NCBI GenBank assembly: GCA_015064395.1
Contig: SVSH01000004.1
Location: 6,901-70,900, forward strand
Source: Oscillospiraceae bacterium
GTDB lineage: Bacteria > Bacillota > Clostridia > Oscillospirales > CAG-272
DNA: 64,000 nt
Reading direction: 5' to 3'
The notes beneath the pieces were generated by a model. The model had not been told where the DNA came from, ran no database searches, and saw only the letters and a program-made list of their open reading frames with translations. Position 1 is the first letter of the stretch, and every line of letters begins with the position of its first letter. Shown here in pieces: positions 45,738-56,834 of this stretch. The position numbers were made by a program, and so were the translations under genes.

Positions 45738-46460
45738 ATGGAAATGAATCAAGGGTCCCCTAAGTATCGTCGCATTTTACTTAAGCTGTCGGGCGAGGCG
45801 TTGGCCGCCGGCGGGAATGATATCCTGAATTTTGAGTTTATCCGAGAGATCGCCGGCGTTGTCCGCAAATGCCAAGCGGCAGGTGTTCAAGTCGCTCTTT
45901 TGTGCGGTGCCGGTAACATTTGGCGCGGCAGACAGGGCGGCAAGATGAACCGTTGCCGAGCGGACCATATGGGCATGCTTGCGACCACCATCAACGCCTT
46001 GGCCATCAAGGACACCTTCGAGCAGGAGGGAATTGACGCCGTGGTCATGAGTGCCGTCAAGATGGACACGTTTGCCGATTATTACACCTCGCGCGATGCT
46101 ATCACGGCCCTGCAAGCCGGCAAGGTCGTCATTCTCGGGGGAGGCACCGGCCTGCCCTACTTCTCGACCGATACTGCCGCCGCGCTTCGTGCCGCTGAAA
46201 TCGAGGCCGACGTCGTGCTGATGGCGAAAAACATCGACGCGGTCTACAGCGCAGACCCCAAGCTGGATCCCACGGCGACTCGCTACGAGGAGCTGACTTA
46301 CATGGAGATCCTGGAGAAAAACCTGCGCGCGCTGGATATGAGCGCCGCCACCTTCTGCCAGGATAATCACATTCGTTGCTATGCCTTTGGTCTCTCTGAC
46401 CCCGAGAACATCTACCGTGTGGTCATGGGCGAGCGCATCGGGACGGAGATACACAATTAA
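45738..46460 (+). CDS. pyrH: UMP kinase
   Basis: RILLKLSGEAL, GAGNIWRG, ADHMGMLAT and PYFSTDTAAALRA motifs. Confidence 0.98.
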   Translation: MEMNQGSPKYRRILLKLSGEALAAGGNDILNFEFIREIAGVVRKCQAAGVQVALLCGAGNIWRGRQGGKMNRCRADHMGMLATTINALAIKDTFEQEGIDAVVMSAVKMDTFADYYTSRDAITALQAGKVVILGGGTGLPYFSTDTAAALRAAEIEADVVLMAKNIDAVYSADPKLDPTATRYEELTYMEILEKNLRALDMSAATFCQDNHIRCYAFGLSDPENIYRVVMGERIGTEIHN

Positions 46461-46523
46461 TTTGAGTTTTATTAAAGTTAACATATTACAAGTGGCGCCT
46501 TGCCCACACATAGGAGGATTATT

Positions 46524-47078
46524 ATGAAGTTTGATACCAAGCCGATGGAAGAAAGAACCGCAAAAGCGATCGCGTCCTTTGAAGCTACCCTGGCTACCGT
46601 TCGTGCATCCCAGGCCAACGCAGGTGTATTGTCCCGCGTCAATTTTGATTATTACGGATCTCCCACGCCCCTGAACACCATGGCAGACGTTCGTGTTGCT
46701 GATGCCAGAACGCTGGTCATCACGCCCTACGACTCCACCACGCTCAAGGCAATGGAGAAGGCCATTCAGATGTCCGATATCGGCATCAACCCCATGAACG
46801 ACGGTAAGGTCATTCGCCTGTCCTTCCCCCAGCTGACCGAGGAGCGCCGCCGCGAGATCAAGAAGCAGGTCCAGAAGTATGCGGAGGATGCCAAGGTTGC
46901 CATCCGTAACATTCGTCGTGATGCCAACGAGGATTCCAAGAAGCAGAAGAAGGACGGCATCCTGACCGAGGATGAGCAGAAGGCAGCGGAGAAGTCCATC
47001 CAGGATATCACCGATAAGTGCATCAAGAAGATCGAGGAGATCCTGGCAAAGAAGGAAAAGGAAATCATGGAGATCTGA
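46524..47078 (+). CDS. frr: ribosome recycling factor
   Basis: DYYGSPTPL, IGINPMND and PQLTEERRRE...IRNIRRD motifs. Confidence 0.98.
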   Translation: MKFDTKPMEERTAKAIASFEATLATVRASQANAGVLSRVNFDYYGSPTPLNTMADVRVADARTLVITPYDSTTLKAMEKAIQMSDIGINPMNDGKVIRLSFPQLTEERRREIKKQVQKYAEDAKVAIRNIRRDANEDSKKQKKDGILTEDEQKAAEKSIQDITDKCIKKIEEILAKKEKEIMEI

Positions 47079-47101
47079 TCTCTCCTGATTTTGCATACGA
47101 G

Positions 47102-47130
47102 GGGCGAAATGTGACTGTCATATTTCGCCC
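47102..47130 (+). terminator. hairpin after frr (possible weak terminator or processing site)
   Basis: GGGCGAAATGTGA / TCATATTTCGCCC stem with a weak U-tract. Confidence 0.5.
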
Positions 47131-47171
47131 GCTTTCCTATCCTCAAAAAGAGACGTGAAAGGAGACCTGTT

Positions 47172-47894
47172 ATGGCATTGAAGATCATAAAGAAAGAGTC
47201 CGTCGTGTTGGACGAGCGCCTGTCTCATATTGCCTTTATCATGGACGGTAACGGGCGTTGGGCAACCTCCAGGGGACTGCCGCGTGAGCAGGGACACCGT
47301 GCAGGGGCTAAGGCCTTTCAGCGCATCGCCACCCATTGCGAGGAGCTGGGACTGCGTGCCATGACGGTCTACGCCTTTTCTACCGAAAACTGGAAGCGCC
47401 CTGCGCGCGAGGTCGAAGCCATCATGGATCTTTTGGAGGACTATATCGACTCCTGTGAGAAAGAATTGAAAAAGCATAGCGTTCGTTTCCGCTTTATCGG
47501 GGACAGAACACCGCTTCGCCCCGTGCTTCGCCAGAAGATGGATCGCCTGGAGGCGATCACCAAGGATAACCGTATGATCTTGAATATTGCCGTCAATTAC
47601 GGTGCCCGCTCTGAGCTGTGTCGGGCCATGCAGACGGTGGCAGATGGCGGTCTTCCGATCAGCGAGGACAGTATCAGCGGAGCGCTATATACCGCGGAAT
47701 GCGGAGATCCCGATATGATCGTCCGCACGGGCGGGGATATGCGCATCTCCAACTTCCTTTTGTGGCAGGCGGCGTATGCCGAGCTGTATTTTACCGACAA
47801 GCTGTGGCCTGATTTTTCCCCCGCTGACGTAGACGAGGCTATTCGCGTCTTTTACTCCAGACAGCGCCGCTACGGTGGCGTATCAAACGTCTGA
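47172..47894 (+). CDS. uppS: undecaprenyl diphosphate synthase
   Basis: HIAFIMDGNGRWA, YAFSTENWKRP and RTGGDMRISNFLLWQ motifs. Confidence 0.97.
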   Translation: MALKIIKKESVVLDERLSHIAFIMDGNGRWATSRGLPREQGHRAGAKAFQRIATHCEELGLRAMTVYAFSTENWKRPAREVEAIMDLLEDYIDSCEKELKKHSVRFRFIGDRTPLRPVLRQKMDRLEAITKDNRMILNIAVNYGARSELCRAMQTVADGGLPISEDSISGALYTAECGDPDMIVRTGGDMRISNFLLWQAAYAELYFTDKLWPDFSPADVDEAIRVFYSRQRRYGGVSNV

Positions 47895-47908
47895 CCCAAG
47901 GAGGCTTT

Positions 47909-48745
47909 ATGCTCAAACGAATTTTAACGGCAATCGTCGCCATCGCGATCTTTTTGCCTATTTTGATTTGGTCTGACACCGTGATCTTTGCCATTGCTAT
48001 GGCTATCCTTTGCGCCATCGCTTGCGCCGAGATGCTTCGTTGCGTGGAGCTGTTGCGCCTGTATCCCATCTCACTGCCTATGATCGCCACGGGCGCAGTC
48101 CTGCCTCTGTTGCCTTATTGGCTGGAGAGAAGTGCGCTTGAACATATTGGTATGATGGTTCTGGTGGTAGCGGCACTGTATCTGTTCGCCGTGATGACCT
48201 TTTCTCGTGGCAAGATCACGCTGCAAAACGTCGGAAACGCGTGCCTGACCGGCTTTTATATCATCGCCGCCTTTTGTGCCATGTCCGCGCTGCGCTATCG
48301 CACGGCGGCAGGCGAATACGTGTACCTGATCTGCTTTATTGGCGCATGGGTCACGGATACCTTTGCCTATTTCAGCGGATATTTGTTTGGTAAGCATAAG
48401 CTGATCCCCGACGTCAGCCCCAAGAAAACGGTGGAGGGAAGCATCGGCGGTACACTCTTCTGCGTGCTGGCCATGCTGCTCTACGGCTTTATCGTGCAGA
48501 CCGTTTCGGGCGGTGCGCTCACGGCCAATTACCTTGTTTTAGGGGTGAGCGGACTTGCGATCGCCATTGTCTCGCAGGTGGGCGACCTTTTGATGTCGGC
48601 CATCAAGAGAACGTATGGCATCAAGGACTATGGCAAGCTGTTTCCCGGACACGGCGGCGTGCTCGACCGCTTTGACTCGGTCATGGCCGTAGCACTTGTG
48701 TTGCTTGTGATTACTGCTTATTTTGGATTGTTCACGGTGGCTTGA
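47909..48745 (+). CDS. cdsA: phosphatidate cytidylyltransferase
   Basis: SPKKTVEG, GDLLMSAIKR and GHGGVLDRFDS motifs. Confidence 0.96.
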   Translation: MLKRILTAIVAIAIFLPILIWSDTVIFAIAMAILCAIACAEMLRCVELLRLYPISLPMIATGAVLPLLPYWLERSALEHIGMMVLVVAALYLFAVMTFSRGKITLQNVGNACLTGFYIIAAFCAMSALRYRTAAGEYVYLICFIGAWVTDTFAYFSGYLFGKHKLIPDVSPKKTVEGSIGGTLFCVLAMLLYGFIVQTVSGGALTANYLVLGVSGLAIAIVSQVGDLLMSAIKRTYGIKDYGKLFPGHGGVLDRFDSVMAVALVLLVITAYFGLFTVA

Positions 48746-48746
48746 T

Positions 48747-49919
48747 ATGCAAGAAAAGCAACGTGATTCATTGATACTTTTAGGCTCGACCGGCTCGATC
48801 GGCGTGCAGACATTGGACGTAGCGTCGCGCCTGGACGTGCCCGTGGATGCTCTCTGCGCCCATCGTGACGTAGATAGGATCGAAGCACAAGCGCGCGCCT
48901 TCGGCGTCCGTGCCTGTGCGATGGGCGACGAGCAAGCGGCCAAGGAGCTGAAGGTTCGATTGGCGGACACCCCGACCCGCGTCTATGGCGGAGAACAAGG
49001 GATTTTGGATATGGTTCGGGAAAGCCCTGCCAAGATCGCACTCAACTCCATCATTGGCGAGGCGGGACTTTTGCCCACGCTCGCTGTCCTTGACAGCGAC
49101 AAGCAGTTGGCGCTGGCCAATAAAGAGTCCTTGGTGGTGGCGGGCGAGATCGTAATGGCCCGTGCCAAGCAAAAGGGCATACACATTCGTCCCGTGGACA
49201 GCGAGCACTGCGCCGTTGCCCAATGTCTGATGGCGGGACGATCGCGCGAGGTGCGTAAGATCATTCTCACGGCATCGGGCGGTCCCTTCTTTGGCAAGAC
49301 GAGGGAGGAGCTGCGTTTTGTTCGCGCCAAGGATGCGCTGGCCCATCCGACCTGGAGCATGGGACAAAAGATCACCATCGACAGTGCTACTATGATGAAT
49401 AAGGGCTTTGAGATCATCGAGGCGTCTTATTTGTTTGACCTGCCGCAATCGTCCATCGACGTCGTGGTGCACAGAGAGAGCATAATTCACTCTATGGTGG
49501 AATATATTGACTATAGCATAATGGCCCAGATGGCAGTGCCTGATATGCGCCACTGCATTCAGCACGCCCTGACCGATCCGACAAGAGAGCCGGGCGTCAT
49601 CAAGCCTCTCGATCTTGCCGACGTGGGGAGCTTGACCTTTGCCCGCCCCGACGAGGAGACCTTCTCCATGCTTCGCCTGGCGCGAGAGGCCATGCAGGCG
49701 GGTGGCGCTATGCCGGCCGTCCTCAATGCGGCCAACGAGGTGGCTGTCGCGGCCTTTTTGCGGGATGAGATCTCGTTCTGCACCATTTTCGACGCCGTCG
49801 AACAAACGGTGAATGATCTGTCGAGCGCTTCCGGCGCGCATACGCTGGAGGACATTTTGGAATACGACCGTCAGGCTCGTCGGCTTTGTGGCGAGCACTT
49901 GACAAATAGGGGGATCTGA
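48747..49919 (+). CDS. dxr: 1-deoxy-D-xylulose-5-phosphate reductoisomerase
   Basis: ILGSTGSIG, LALANKESLV, PVDSEH and HPTWSMGQKITIDSATMMNKG motifs. Confidence 0.98.
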   Translation: MQEKQRDSLILLGSTGSIGVQTLDVASRLDVPVDALCAHRDVDRIEAQARAFGVRACAMGDEQAAKELKVRLADTPTRVYGGEQGILDMVRESPAKIALNSIIGEAGLLPTLAVLDSDKQLALANKESLVVAGEIVMARAKQKGIHIRPVDSEHCAVAQCLMAGRSREVRKIILTASGGPFFGKTREELRFVRAKDALAHPTWSMGQKITIDSATMMNKGFEIIEASYLFDLPQSSIDVVVHRESIIHSMVEYIDYSIMAQMAVPDMRHCIQHALTDPTREPGVIKPLDLADVGSLTFARPDEETFSMLRLAREAMQAGGAMPAVLNAANEVAVAAFLRDEISFCTIFDAVEQTVNDLSSASGAHTLEDILEYDRQARRLCGEHLTNRGI

Positions 49920-49956
49920 CAGCACCCCAACAGAGAGAAACACAGGAGTGGATAAT

Positions 49957-51012
49957 ATGTATATCATTGTCGCTATATTGATCTTTGGCATTTTGATCAT
50001 GATTCACGAATTCGGTCATTTTGCCATTGCCAGAGCTTGCGGTGTTTACATCGAAGAATTTTCGATTGGTATGGGTCCCAAGCTGTTGCAGCGTAAAGGA
50101 AAAAAGCACGGAACGCTCTTTTCGCTCCGCGCCCTTCCGATCGGCGGATACGTCAGCATGAAGGGTGAGAACGAGGCGGAGGACGCCCCCGATTCCTTCA
50201 GCGCCAAAAGGGTGTGGCAGCGCATGGCCATTGTCGTAGCCGGTGCCGCCATGAATTTGATCTTGGGATTTATCATCGTTTTCGTCATTGTATGTATGTC
50301 GCGTGACCAGTTGGCCTCGACTACCATCCATAGCTTTTTGGAGGGGGCGACTAGCAATGCCGCCGACGGACTGCAGGCAGAGGATACCGTCATCAAGGTC
50401 AACAACGTGTCAGTATATACCGGCGAGGAGCTGATCTACGAGATCGTGAACCAGGGAAGCGAGCCTGTCCGCCTGGTCGTCGTTCGCGACGGGGAAAAGA
50501 TCGTGCTGGATCAAGTCACGTTCCCGACCTTTGAGGAAAACGGAATTACCTTTGGTGACTACGATTTTAAGGTGTACGCCGTTAAGGATCCCACCTTCGG
50601 CCAGCTGCTTCGCATTTCCTGGCATCGGTCGCTTTCGCTGGTCAAAATGGTGTGGGACAGCCTGATCAATCTGATCACGGGACGTTACGCTCTGACCTCG
50701 CTCTCCAGCCCCGTCGGCGTTACCTCGGCTGTCAAGGATACCATTCAGTCCAGCGGTTGGGATGCCGAACAGATCTTGCGCTACGTCTTGCATATTACGG
50801 CTGTGATCTCCATTAACCTGGGTGTATTTAACCTCATTCCGTTTCCTGCTTTGGACGGCGGCAGATTTGCACTGCTTGCTTTTGAGGGCATTACTCGCAA
50901 GAAGGTTCCGCAGGACATGGAAGGAAAGATCAACTTTGCCGGCATTGTGCTGCTCATGATTCTGATGGTCTTTGTCGTAGGCAAGGACATCGTGATGCTG
51001 TTTCTAAAATGA
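49957..51012 (+). CDS. rseP: RIP metalloprotease RseP
   Basis: HEFGH, FSIGMGP, PDZ region and NLIPFPALDGG. Confidence 0.96.
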   Translation: MYIIVAILIFGILIMIHEFGHFAIARACGVYIEEFSIGMGPKLLQRKGKKHGTLFSLRALPIGGYVSMKGENEAEDAPDSFSAKRVWQRMAIVVAGAAMNLILGFIIVFVIVCMSRDQLASTTIHSFLEGATSNAADGLQAEDTVIKVNNVSVYTGEELIYEIVNQGSEPVRLVVVRDGEKIVLDQVTFPTFEENGITFGDYDFKVYAVKDPTFGQLLRISWHRSLSLVKMVWDSLINLITGRYALTSLSSPVGVTSAVKDTIQSSGWDAEQILRYVLHITAVISINLGVFNLIPFPALDGGRFALLAFEGITRKKVPQDMEGKINFAGIVLLMILMVFVVGKDIVMLFLK

Positions 51013-51031
51013 TAATAAAAGGGAGACCGCT

Positions 51032-52117
51032 TTGAATTACCGAGAGATACGAAGAGCATCCCGAGCCGTGATGGCGGGAGGCGTTGGCATCGGTGGAACA
51101 CATCCGATCGCCATTCAATCCATGACCAATACCGATCCCCACGACGCCAGGGCAACGGCGGCGCAGATGATGCGGTTGCAGGATGCAGGGTGCGACGTGG
51201 TGCGCATCACGGTGCCCGACCTTGAGGCGGCCGAGACCATCGGTGCCATTCGTCAGGCAGGCGTGAGCATGCCTGTGGTTGCCGATATTCATTTTGATTA
51301 TCGTGTTGCACTGCGTTGTGCCGAGCTGGGATTTGATAAAATCCGCATCAATCCCGGCAACATCGGAGACGAGGACCGCGTGCGCCAGGTGGCAAATGCC
51401 TGCCGGGAACGAAGGATTCCCATCCGTATCGGTGTCAACAGCGGATCGCTGGAAAAGCATTTGCTGGCCAAATACGGATCTCCTACCGCGCAGGCGCTTT
51501 GTGAGAGCGCCCTGTATCACAGCGCACTGCTGGAGAAGTTTGGGTTTGAAGATATCGTCATTTCCATCAAGGCCTCGGACGTGCAGACCATGGTCGCGGC
51601 CAACCGTCTCCTGTCGCAGTCCTGCCCCTATCCGATCCACCTGGGAGTAACGGAAGCCGGCGGCGGTGAGGAGGGCATGATCAAGAGCGCCATGGGCATC
51701 GGTGCACTCCTTCTGGACGGCATTGGAGATACCTTGCGCGTGTCTCTGACCGAGGATCCCGTACATGAGATCGCGGCGGCCCGCCGCATTCTCAACGGCC
51801 TTCAGATCGAAGGGCAGAGCGGCATGAACATTGTCAGCTGTCCTACCTGCGGACGCACCCAAATTGATTTGATCTCGCTGTGCGAGAGCTTTAAGCAGGC
51901 CGTGCGCGCAGAGGGACTGGATCGACTTCCCATTAAGGTGGCCCTGATGGGATGCGTCGTCAATGGTCCGGGTGAGGCAAGAGAGGCTGATATCGGCATT
52001 GCCGGCGGTCGGGGTGAGGGACTTTTGTTCCGCCACGGCCAAATCATAGAAAAAGTGCCCGAGGGCGAGTTGATTCCTCGCCTGCTGGCTGAAATTCGGG
52101 CTATGGACAAGCAATAA
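51032..52117 (+). CDS. ispG: (E)-4-hydroxy-3-methylbut-2-enyl-diphosphate synthase
   Basis: IQSMTNT, ADIHFD, RINPGN, SCPTCGR and MGCVVNGPGE motifs; TTG start. Confidence 0.98.
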   Translation: MNYREIRRASRAVMAGGVGIGGTHPIAIQSMTNTDPHDARATAAQMMRLQDAGCDVVRITVPDLEAAETIGAIRQAGVSMPVVADIHFDYRVALRCAELGFDKIRINPGNIGDEDRVRQVANACRERRIPIRIGVNSGSLEKHLLAKYGSPTAQALCESALYHSALLEKFGFEDIVISIKASDVQTMVAANRLLSQSCPYPIHLGVTEAGGGEEGMIKSAMGIGALLLDGIGDTLRVSLTEDPVHEIAAARRILNGLQIEGQSGMNIVSCPTCGRTQIDLISLCESFKQAVRAEGLDRLPIKVALMGCVVNGPGEAREADIGIAGGRGEGLLFRHGQIIEKVPEGELIPRLLAEIRAMDKQ

Positions 52118-52175
52118 AGCAAGAAAACGCCCCGACCTCTGTGTCGGGGCAAACTTAAACGATAAGGAGACAGTC

Positions 52176-55100
52176 ATGTCGGACATGCAATCGAAACCGA
52201 TGGCGGGTGGTGAGGAACGGTCACTTCTGCAGATCTTGAAAAAATACGAGCCGGGGATGCGCAATCGCGAGATCCTCTCCGGTGCCTTTTCTCATACGGT
52301 CCGCGCGGATAAGCAAAAGCGAATGCTGGAGATCTCCGCGCATTTTCCCATGCCGATCGACAAGCCCGAATTGTACCGTCTGGAGGACGAGATCTGTGCG
52401 GCGTATGAGTTGGCCGCCGTCCGTATCCTTCCTCATTATCCCGCTCGGTTCTTCACACAGGCCTACGTTCCCAACGTGCTGGCCGAGGCGGAGCGCATCG
52501 GCATCGTCGCCCGTGGCTTTTTTAATCATTACAGAATTCAACTGCAGGACGATTGCCTGACGATCGAATTACCCTTTGAGGTCGACGGCATCCGTCTGAT
52601 GGAAAGTGCCCACACGCCGCAGGTCATCGAAGGCATCATTTTGAGTGAATTTGGTCTTAAGATCAAGGTGAATATTCGTCACAATCTGGACGTTGGACAG
52701 TCAACGGCGCAATACTCCATGGAACGGCGCCTGGAGTCGATCGACGCACAGCTGGCGCGTGCGGAAAGTGAATATGATCGCGCAATGGAGGCACGCCGCC
52801 AGGGCGGCGATGACTTCGGCGGCCACGCCCCCGCTCTCGCCGAGGACGAAAAAAAGATCTTCCCGCGTACTCCCTCCGTTTATTTTGATACCATTCCGGC
52901 GCCCGATCTGTCCGAGGAGGGAAAGTGCCGCATTGGATATTATACGTATGATATCAGCGCCCCCGAGGTGTTGATCGGACAAGCCTTTGACATCAAGCCG
53001 GTGACCATTGCCTCGTTGCAGCATGCCGCGCGTGGCATCATCGTGCTGGGTGAGACCTTTGGCTATACTGCAGAAGCCAACCGAAACGGCGATAAATATA
53101 ACGTCACCTTTGACGTGTTCGACGGCGTCTCCTGTATTGAGGTGAGAAAATACGGACTGACCCTGGACGAAGAAAAGGAGCTTTCCAAGCTGATTCCCAA
53201 CGGTACAGCCGTTGCGATGCAGGGATACATCAAAAAGGAAACGCGCAAGAACTATACGGATATCGACTTCACCTTTTTCTATAGCGACGTGATGAAGATA
53301 GGGCGCATTGGCCGTATGGACCACGCCGAAAAAAAGAGAGTCGAATTGCACCTGCACACCACCATGTCCAGCATGGATGCGCTTATTCCGCCCGATGTGG
53401 CCGTCAAGACAGCCAACAAGTGGGGCATGCCGGCGGTGGCCATCACGGACCACGGCAACGTGCAGGCGTATCAAAAGGCGATGCTTGCCTCGGAAAAGCT
53501 GGGGCAAAAGGTCATCTACGGTCTGGAAGCCTATTTCGTCAACGATACCGCGAGTGCCGTCTCCGGCATCTACGAGGGACTTGTGGACGATGAAATGATC
53601 GTGTTCGACATTGAGACCACGGGGCTTTCTACCCAGACGAGCCGTCTGACCGAGATCGGTGCCGTTCGCATCCGCGGCGGCGAGGTCATCGACCGCTTCG
53701 ATACCTTTGTCGATCCCGAAATGGTCATTCCCCAGGAAATTGTGGAATTGACCTCCATCACCAACGAAATGGTGGCCGGCGCCCCGAAAACCAAAGAGGC
53801 GCTGGAGATGTTCTTTGACTTTATCGGAGACAGGGAGGGAGAGCCGAAAAAACTGCTCATCGCCCATAACGCTAACTTTGATATTGGCTTTATCCGCTAT
53901 TTTTCCGAGCAGTGCGGCATCGAATTTTCCAGCCCCTATCTTGATACGTTGGCGCTGTCTCGCTATATCAATCCCGATCTGAAAAATCATAAGCTGGATA
54001 CCATTGCCAACCATTATAAGCTGGGGGATTTCCATCACCACCGTGCCTGCGACGACGCTGAAATGCTGGCTATGATCTATTTCCGTATGTGCGACCGCCT
54101 GCGCGAGATGGATATCCGCAATTTCTCTGCGTTGCAGCGGGAAATGCTGGCCAACACCGACCCGCTCAAGCTCCGCCCCTATCACCAGGTGCTACTGGTC
54201 AAAAATAAGACGGGACTCAAAAACCTGTATCGCCTGATCTCCATGAGTTATCTCAAATATTACCGCCGTCAGCCCAGAATCCCCAAGACCGAGTTGGAAA
54301 AATACCGTGAGGGACTGATCGTCGGCTCTGCCTGCGAGGCAGGCGAACTGATCCAGGCGATTTTGGATAACAAACCGGAGTCGGTGATCGAGGAGATCGT
54401 CAACTTCTACGACTACCTGGAGATCCAACCGACCTGCAACAACCGCTTTATGATCGACGAGGGCAAAATCCGCGATGAGGAAGGCCTGCGCGATCTCAAC
54501 CGCCGCATCGTAGCGCTGGGAGAGAAATACGGTAAGCCGGTCGTCGCGACCTGTGACGCCCACTTCCTCAACGACGAGGACGAGCTTTCCCGTAAGATCC
54601 TGCAGGCGGGCATGAAATTCAAGGACTTCGACCGCGACATCCACCTGTATTTCCGTACGACGGATGAAATGCTTGCCGAATTCTCTTATTTGGGAGAAGA
54701 CAAGGCCTACGAGGTGGTCGTGGAGAACACCAATAAGATCGCCGATATGATCGAGTCCGACATTCGTCCGTTCCCCAAGGGCACCTTCACCCCTCACATG
54801 GAGGGCGCGGAGGAGGATCTGCAGCGCATTTGCTATGAGCGGGCAGAGAAGCAGTACGGTAAGCCGCTACCCAAAATCGTCCACGACCGACTGGATAAGG
54901 AGTTGACCTCCATCATCAAGAACGGCTTTGCCGTGCTTTATATGATCGCGCAAAAGCTGGTGTGGTACAGCGAGAGCCAAGGGTATCTTGTCGGCTCGCG
55001 AGGCTCGGTCGGATCGTCCGTCGTCGCCTCGTTTGCCGGTATTTCGGAGGTCAACCCTCTGCCGCCGCACTATTATTGCCCGAACTGTCAGCACTCGGAA

Positions 55101-56663
55101 TTCTTCACTGACGGTTCTGTTGGCTCCGGCTTTGACCTGCCCGATACCAACTGTCCCAAATGCGGCACCAAGCTGGTCGGCGACGGCCACGACATCCCGT
55201 TTGAGACCTTCCTTGGCTTTTACGGTGACAAGTCGCCCGATATTGACCTCAACTTCTCGGGAGAGGTGCAGGGCAAGGTCCATAAATACACCGAGGATCT
55301 GTTCGGTGCGGAAAACGTGTTCCGCGCGGGCACCATCGGTGAATTGGCAGATAAGACGGCGTATGGCTTCGTAGCCAAATACCTGGACGAAAAGCAAGTC
55401 TCGGTCTCCCGTGCGGATATGAACCGCCTGGTGGCCTCCTGCGTCGGCGTTAAGCGTACGACGGGACAGCACCCCGGCGGTATCGTCGTCGTTCCCAAGG
55501 AATATGAGATCTACGATTTCTGTCCCGTCCAGCACCCCGCCGATGACCCCAATTCGGATATTGTCACCACCCACTTCACCTTTGAGTATCTGCACGATAC
55601 GCTGCTCAAGCTGGACGAGCTGGGGCACGATATTCCGACCAAATATAAGTGGCTGGAGCGCTATTCGGATACCAGCGTCATGGACGTCAAGATGAATGAC
55701 GAATCCATCTACGCTCTCTTTACCTCGACCGCACCCTTAGGCATCCGCCCCGAGGATATCGGCGGCTGTCAGGTGGGTACATGGGGCATTCCAGAGATGG
55801 GCACCCGCTTCCTCCAGCAGGTTCTTATGGACGCACAGCCTAAAAACTTTGCCGACCTGCTTCAGATCTCGGGTCTGACGCACGGCACCGACGTGTGGCT
55901 GGGTAACGCCCAGGATCTGATCAAAGAGGGAATTTGCGACATTTCCAAGGTCATCGGATGCCGTGACGGTATCATGCTCGACTTGATCCGCTACGGCTTG
56001 GAAAACGCGCTGGCCTTCAAGATCATGGAAAGCGTCCGAAAGGGCAGGGGCCTGACTCCCGAGTGGGAAGCCGAGATGCGGGCACACAACGTCCCGGATT
56101 GGTACATCGGTTCATGCAAAAAGATCAAGTACATGTTCCCCAAGGCGCACGCGGCAGCCTACGTCATGTCGGCGATCCGACTGGGCTGGTATAAGATCTA
56201 TATGCCAACAGTCTTTTATGCGGCTATGTTTACCGTAGCCCCCAAGGGCTTTGACGCCGAGATCGTCATGCGCGGCAAGAAATATCTGGAGAATTACATC
56301 AAGGATATCGAACAGCGGGGCAAGGAAGCCAGCCCCAAGGAGCAGGATTCCATCCCGACCTTCCAGTTGGCGATGGAGGCTTACGCCCGCGGCATTAAGT
56401 TCCTGCCTGTTGATATCAACGTTTCGGACTCCCGATGCTATCGTCCCGAGGGAGAGCGTGCCATTCGCTTGCCGTTCTCGTCGCTTGGCGGTGTTGGCGA
56501 AAACGCGGCCGAAAACATCGTTAAAGCGCGTGAGGCAGAGCCCTTCTTCTCGGTGGAGGATCTCCAAACGCGAGCCAAACTCACCAAGAGCGTCATCGAG
56601 GTCCTGCGCCGCAACGGCGTCCTGGACGGCATCCAGGAAACGGATCAGCTGAGTATTTTCTGA
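52176..56663 (+). CDS. polC: DNA polymerase III PolC-type
   Basis: OB domain, PHP (ELHLHT) split by an exonuclease (FDIETTG), RGSVGSS, Zn finger, PDIDLNF, KYMFPKAHA. Confidence 0.98.
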   Translation: MSDMQSKPMAGGEERSLLQILKKYEPGMRNREILSGAFSHTVRADKQKRMLEISAHFPMPIDKPELYRLEDEICAAYELAAVRILPHYPARFFTQAYVPNVLAEAERIGIVARGFFNHYRIQLQDDCLTIELPFEVDGIRLMESAHTPQVIEGIILSEFGLKIKVNIRHNLDVGQSTAQYSMERRLESIDAQLARAESEYDRAMEARRQGGDDFGGHAPALAEDEKKIFPRTPSVYFDTIPAPDLSEEGKCRIGYYTYDISAPEVLIGQAFDIKPVTIASLQHAARGIIVLGETFGYTAEANRNGDKYNVTFDVFDGVSCIEVRKYGLTLDEEKELSKLIPNGTAVAMQGYIKKETRKNYTDIDFTFFYSDVMKIGRIGRMDHAEKKRVELHLHTTMSSMDALIPPDVAVKTANKWGMPAVAITDHGNVQAYQKAMLASEKLGQKVIYGLEAYFVNDTASAVSGIYEGLVDDEMIVFDIETTGLSTQTSRLTEIGAVRIRGGEVIDRFDTFVDPEMVIPQEIVELTSITNEMVAGAPKTKEALEMFFDFIGDREGEPKKLLIAHNANFDIGFIRYFSEQCGIEFSSPYLDTLALSRYINPDLKNHKLDTIANHYKLGDFHHHRACDDAEMLAMIYFRMCDRLREMDIRNFSALQREMLANTDPLKLRPYHQVLLVKNKTGLKNLYRLISMSYLKYYRRQPRIPKTELEKYREGLIVGSACEAGELIQAILDNKPESVIEEIVNFYDYLEIQPTCNNRFMIDEGKIRDEEGLRDLNRRIVALGEKYGKPVVATCDAHFLNDEDELSRKILQAGMKFKDFDRDIHLYFRTTDEMLAEFSYLGEDKAYEVVVENTNKIADMIESDIRPFPKGTFTPHMEGAEEDLQRICYERAEKQYGKPLPKIVHDRLDKELTSIIKNGFAVLYMIAQKLVWYSESQGYLVGSRGSVGSSVVASFAGISEVNPLPPHYYCPNCQHSEFFTDGSVGSGFDLPDTNCPKCGTKLVGDGHDIPFETFLGFYGDKSPDIDLNFSGEVQGKVHKYTEDLFGAENVFRAGTIGELADKTAYGFVAKYLDEKQVSVSRADMNRLVASCVGVKRTTGQHPGGIVVVPKEYEIYDFCPVQHPADDPNSDIVTTHFTFEYLHDTLLKLDELGHDIPTKYKWLERYSDTSVMDVKMNDESIYALFTSTAPLGIRPEDIGGCQVGTWGIPEMGTRFLQQVLMDAQPKNFADLLQISGLTHGTDVWLGNAQDLIKEGICDISKVIGCRDGIMLDLIRYGLENALAFKIMESVRKGRGLTPEWEAEMRAHNVPDWYIGSCKKIKYMFPKAHAAAYVMSAIRLGWYKIYMPTVFYAAMFTVAPKGFDAEIVMRGKKYLENYIKDIEQRGKEASPKEQDSIPTFQLAMEAYARGIKFLPVDINVSDSRCYRPEGERAIRLPFSSLGGVGENAAENIVKAREAEPFFSVEDLQTRAKLTKSVIEVLRRNGVLDGIQETDQLSIF

Positions 56664-56674
56664 ATTTAAGCAAC

Positions 56675-56726
56675 CATACGCCTTCGTTCAGGACCTTCGT
56701 CTTGATCCGGGGGCGTATGCTTTTTT
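56675..56726 (+). terminator. intrinsic terminator after polC
   Basis: CATACGCC...GGGCGTATG long stem followed by a T-run. Confidence 0.7.
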
Positions 56727-56834
56727 GCTTTGAATATTTTGTCAAATTTTGCCCGGGTGAATAGAATGGTAGAGAAGGGAGTCGTATGCGTGTTTGCACC
56801 GGCTTCTTCAAAATCAATCAAGGAGGATATTACC

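Noticed and set aside
52176-56663. Intein or unusual insertion in PolC
   Set aside because: Length and motif order fit a standard PolC; no intein splice motifs seen.
56730-56775. sigmaE/sigmaK promoter for the Cys-rich gene
   Set aside because: AATAGAAT could be a -10, but the spacing to a plausible -35 is off, so it is not called.
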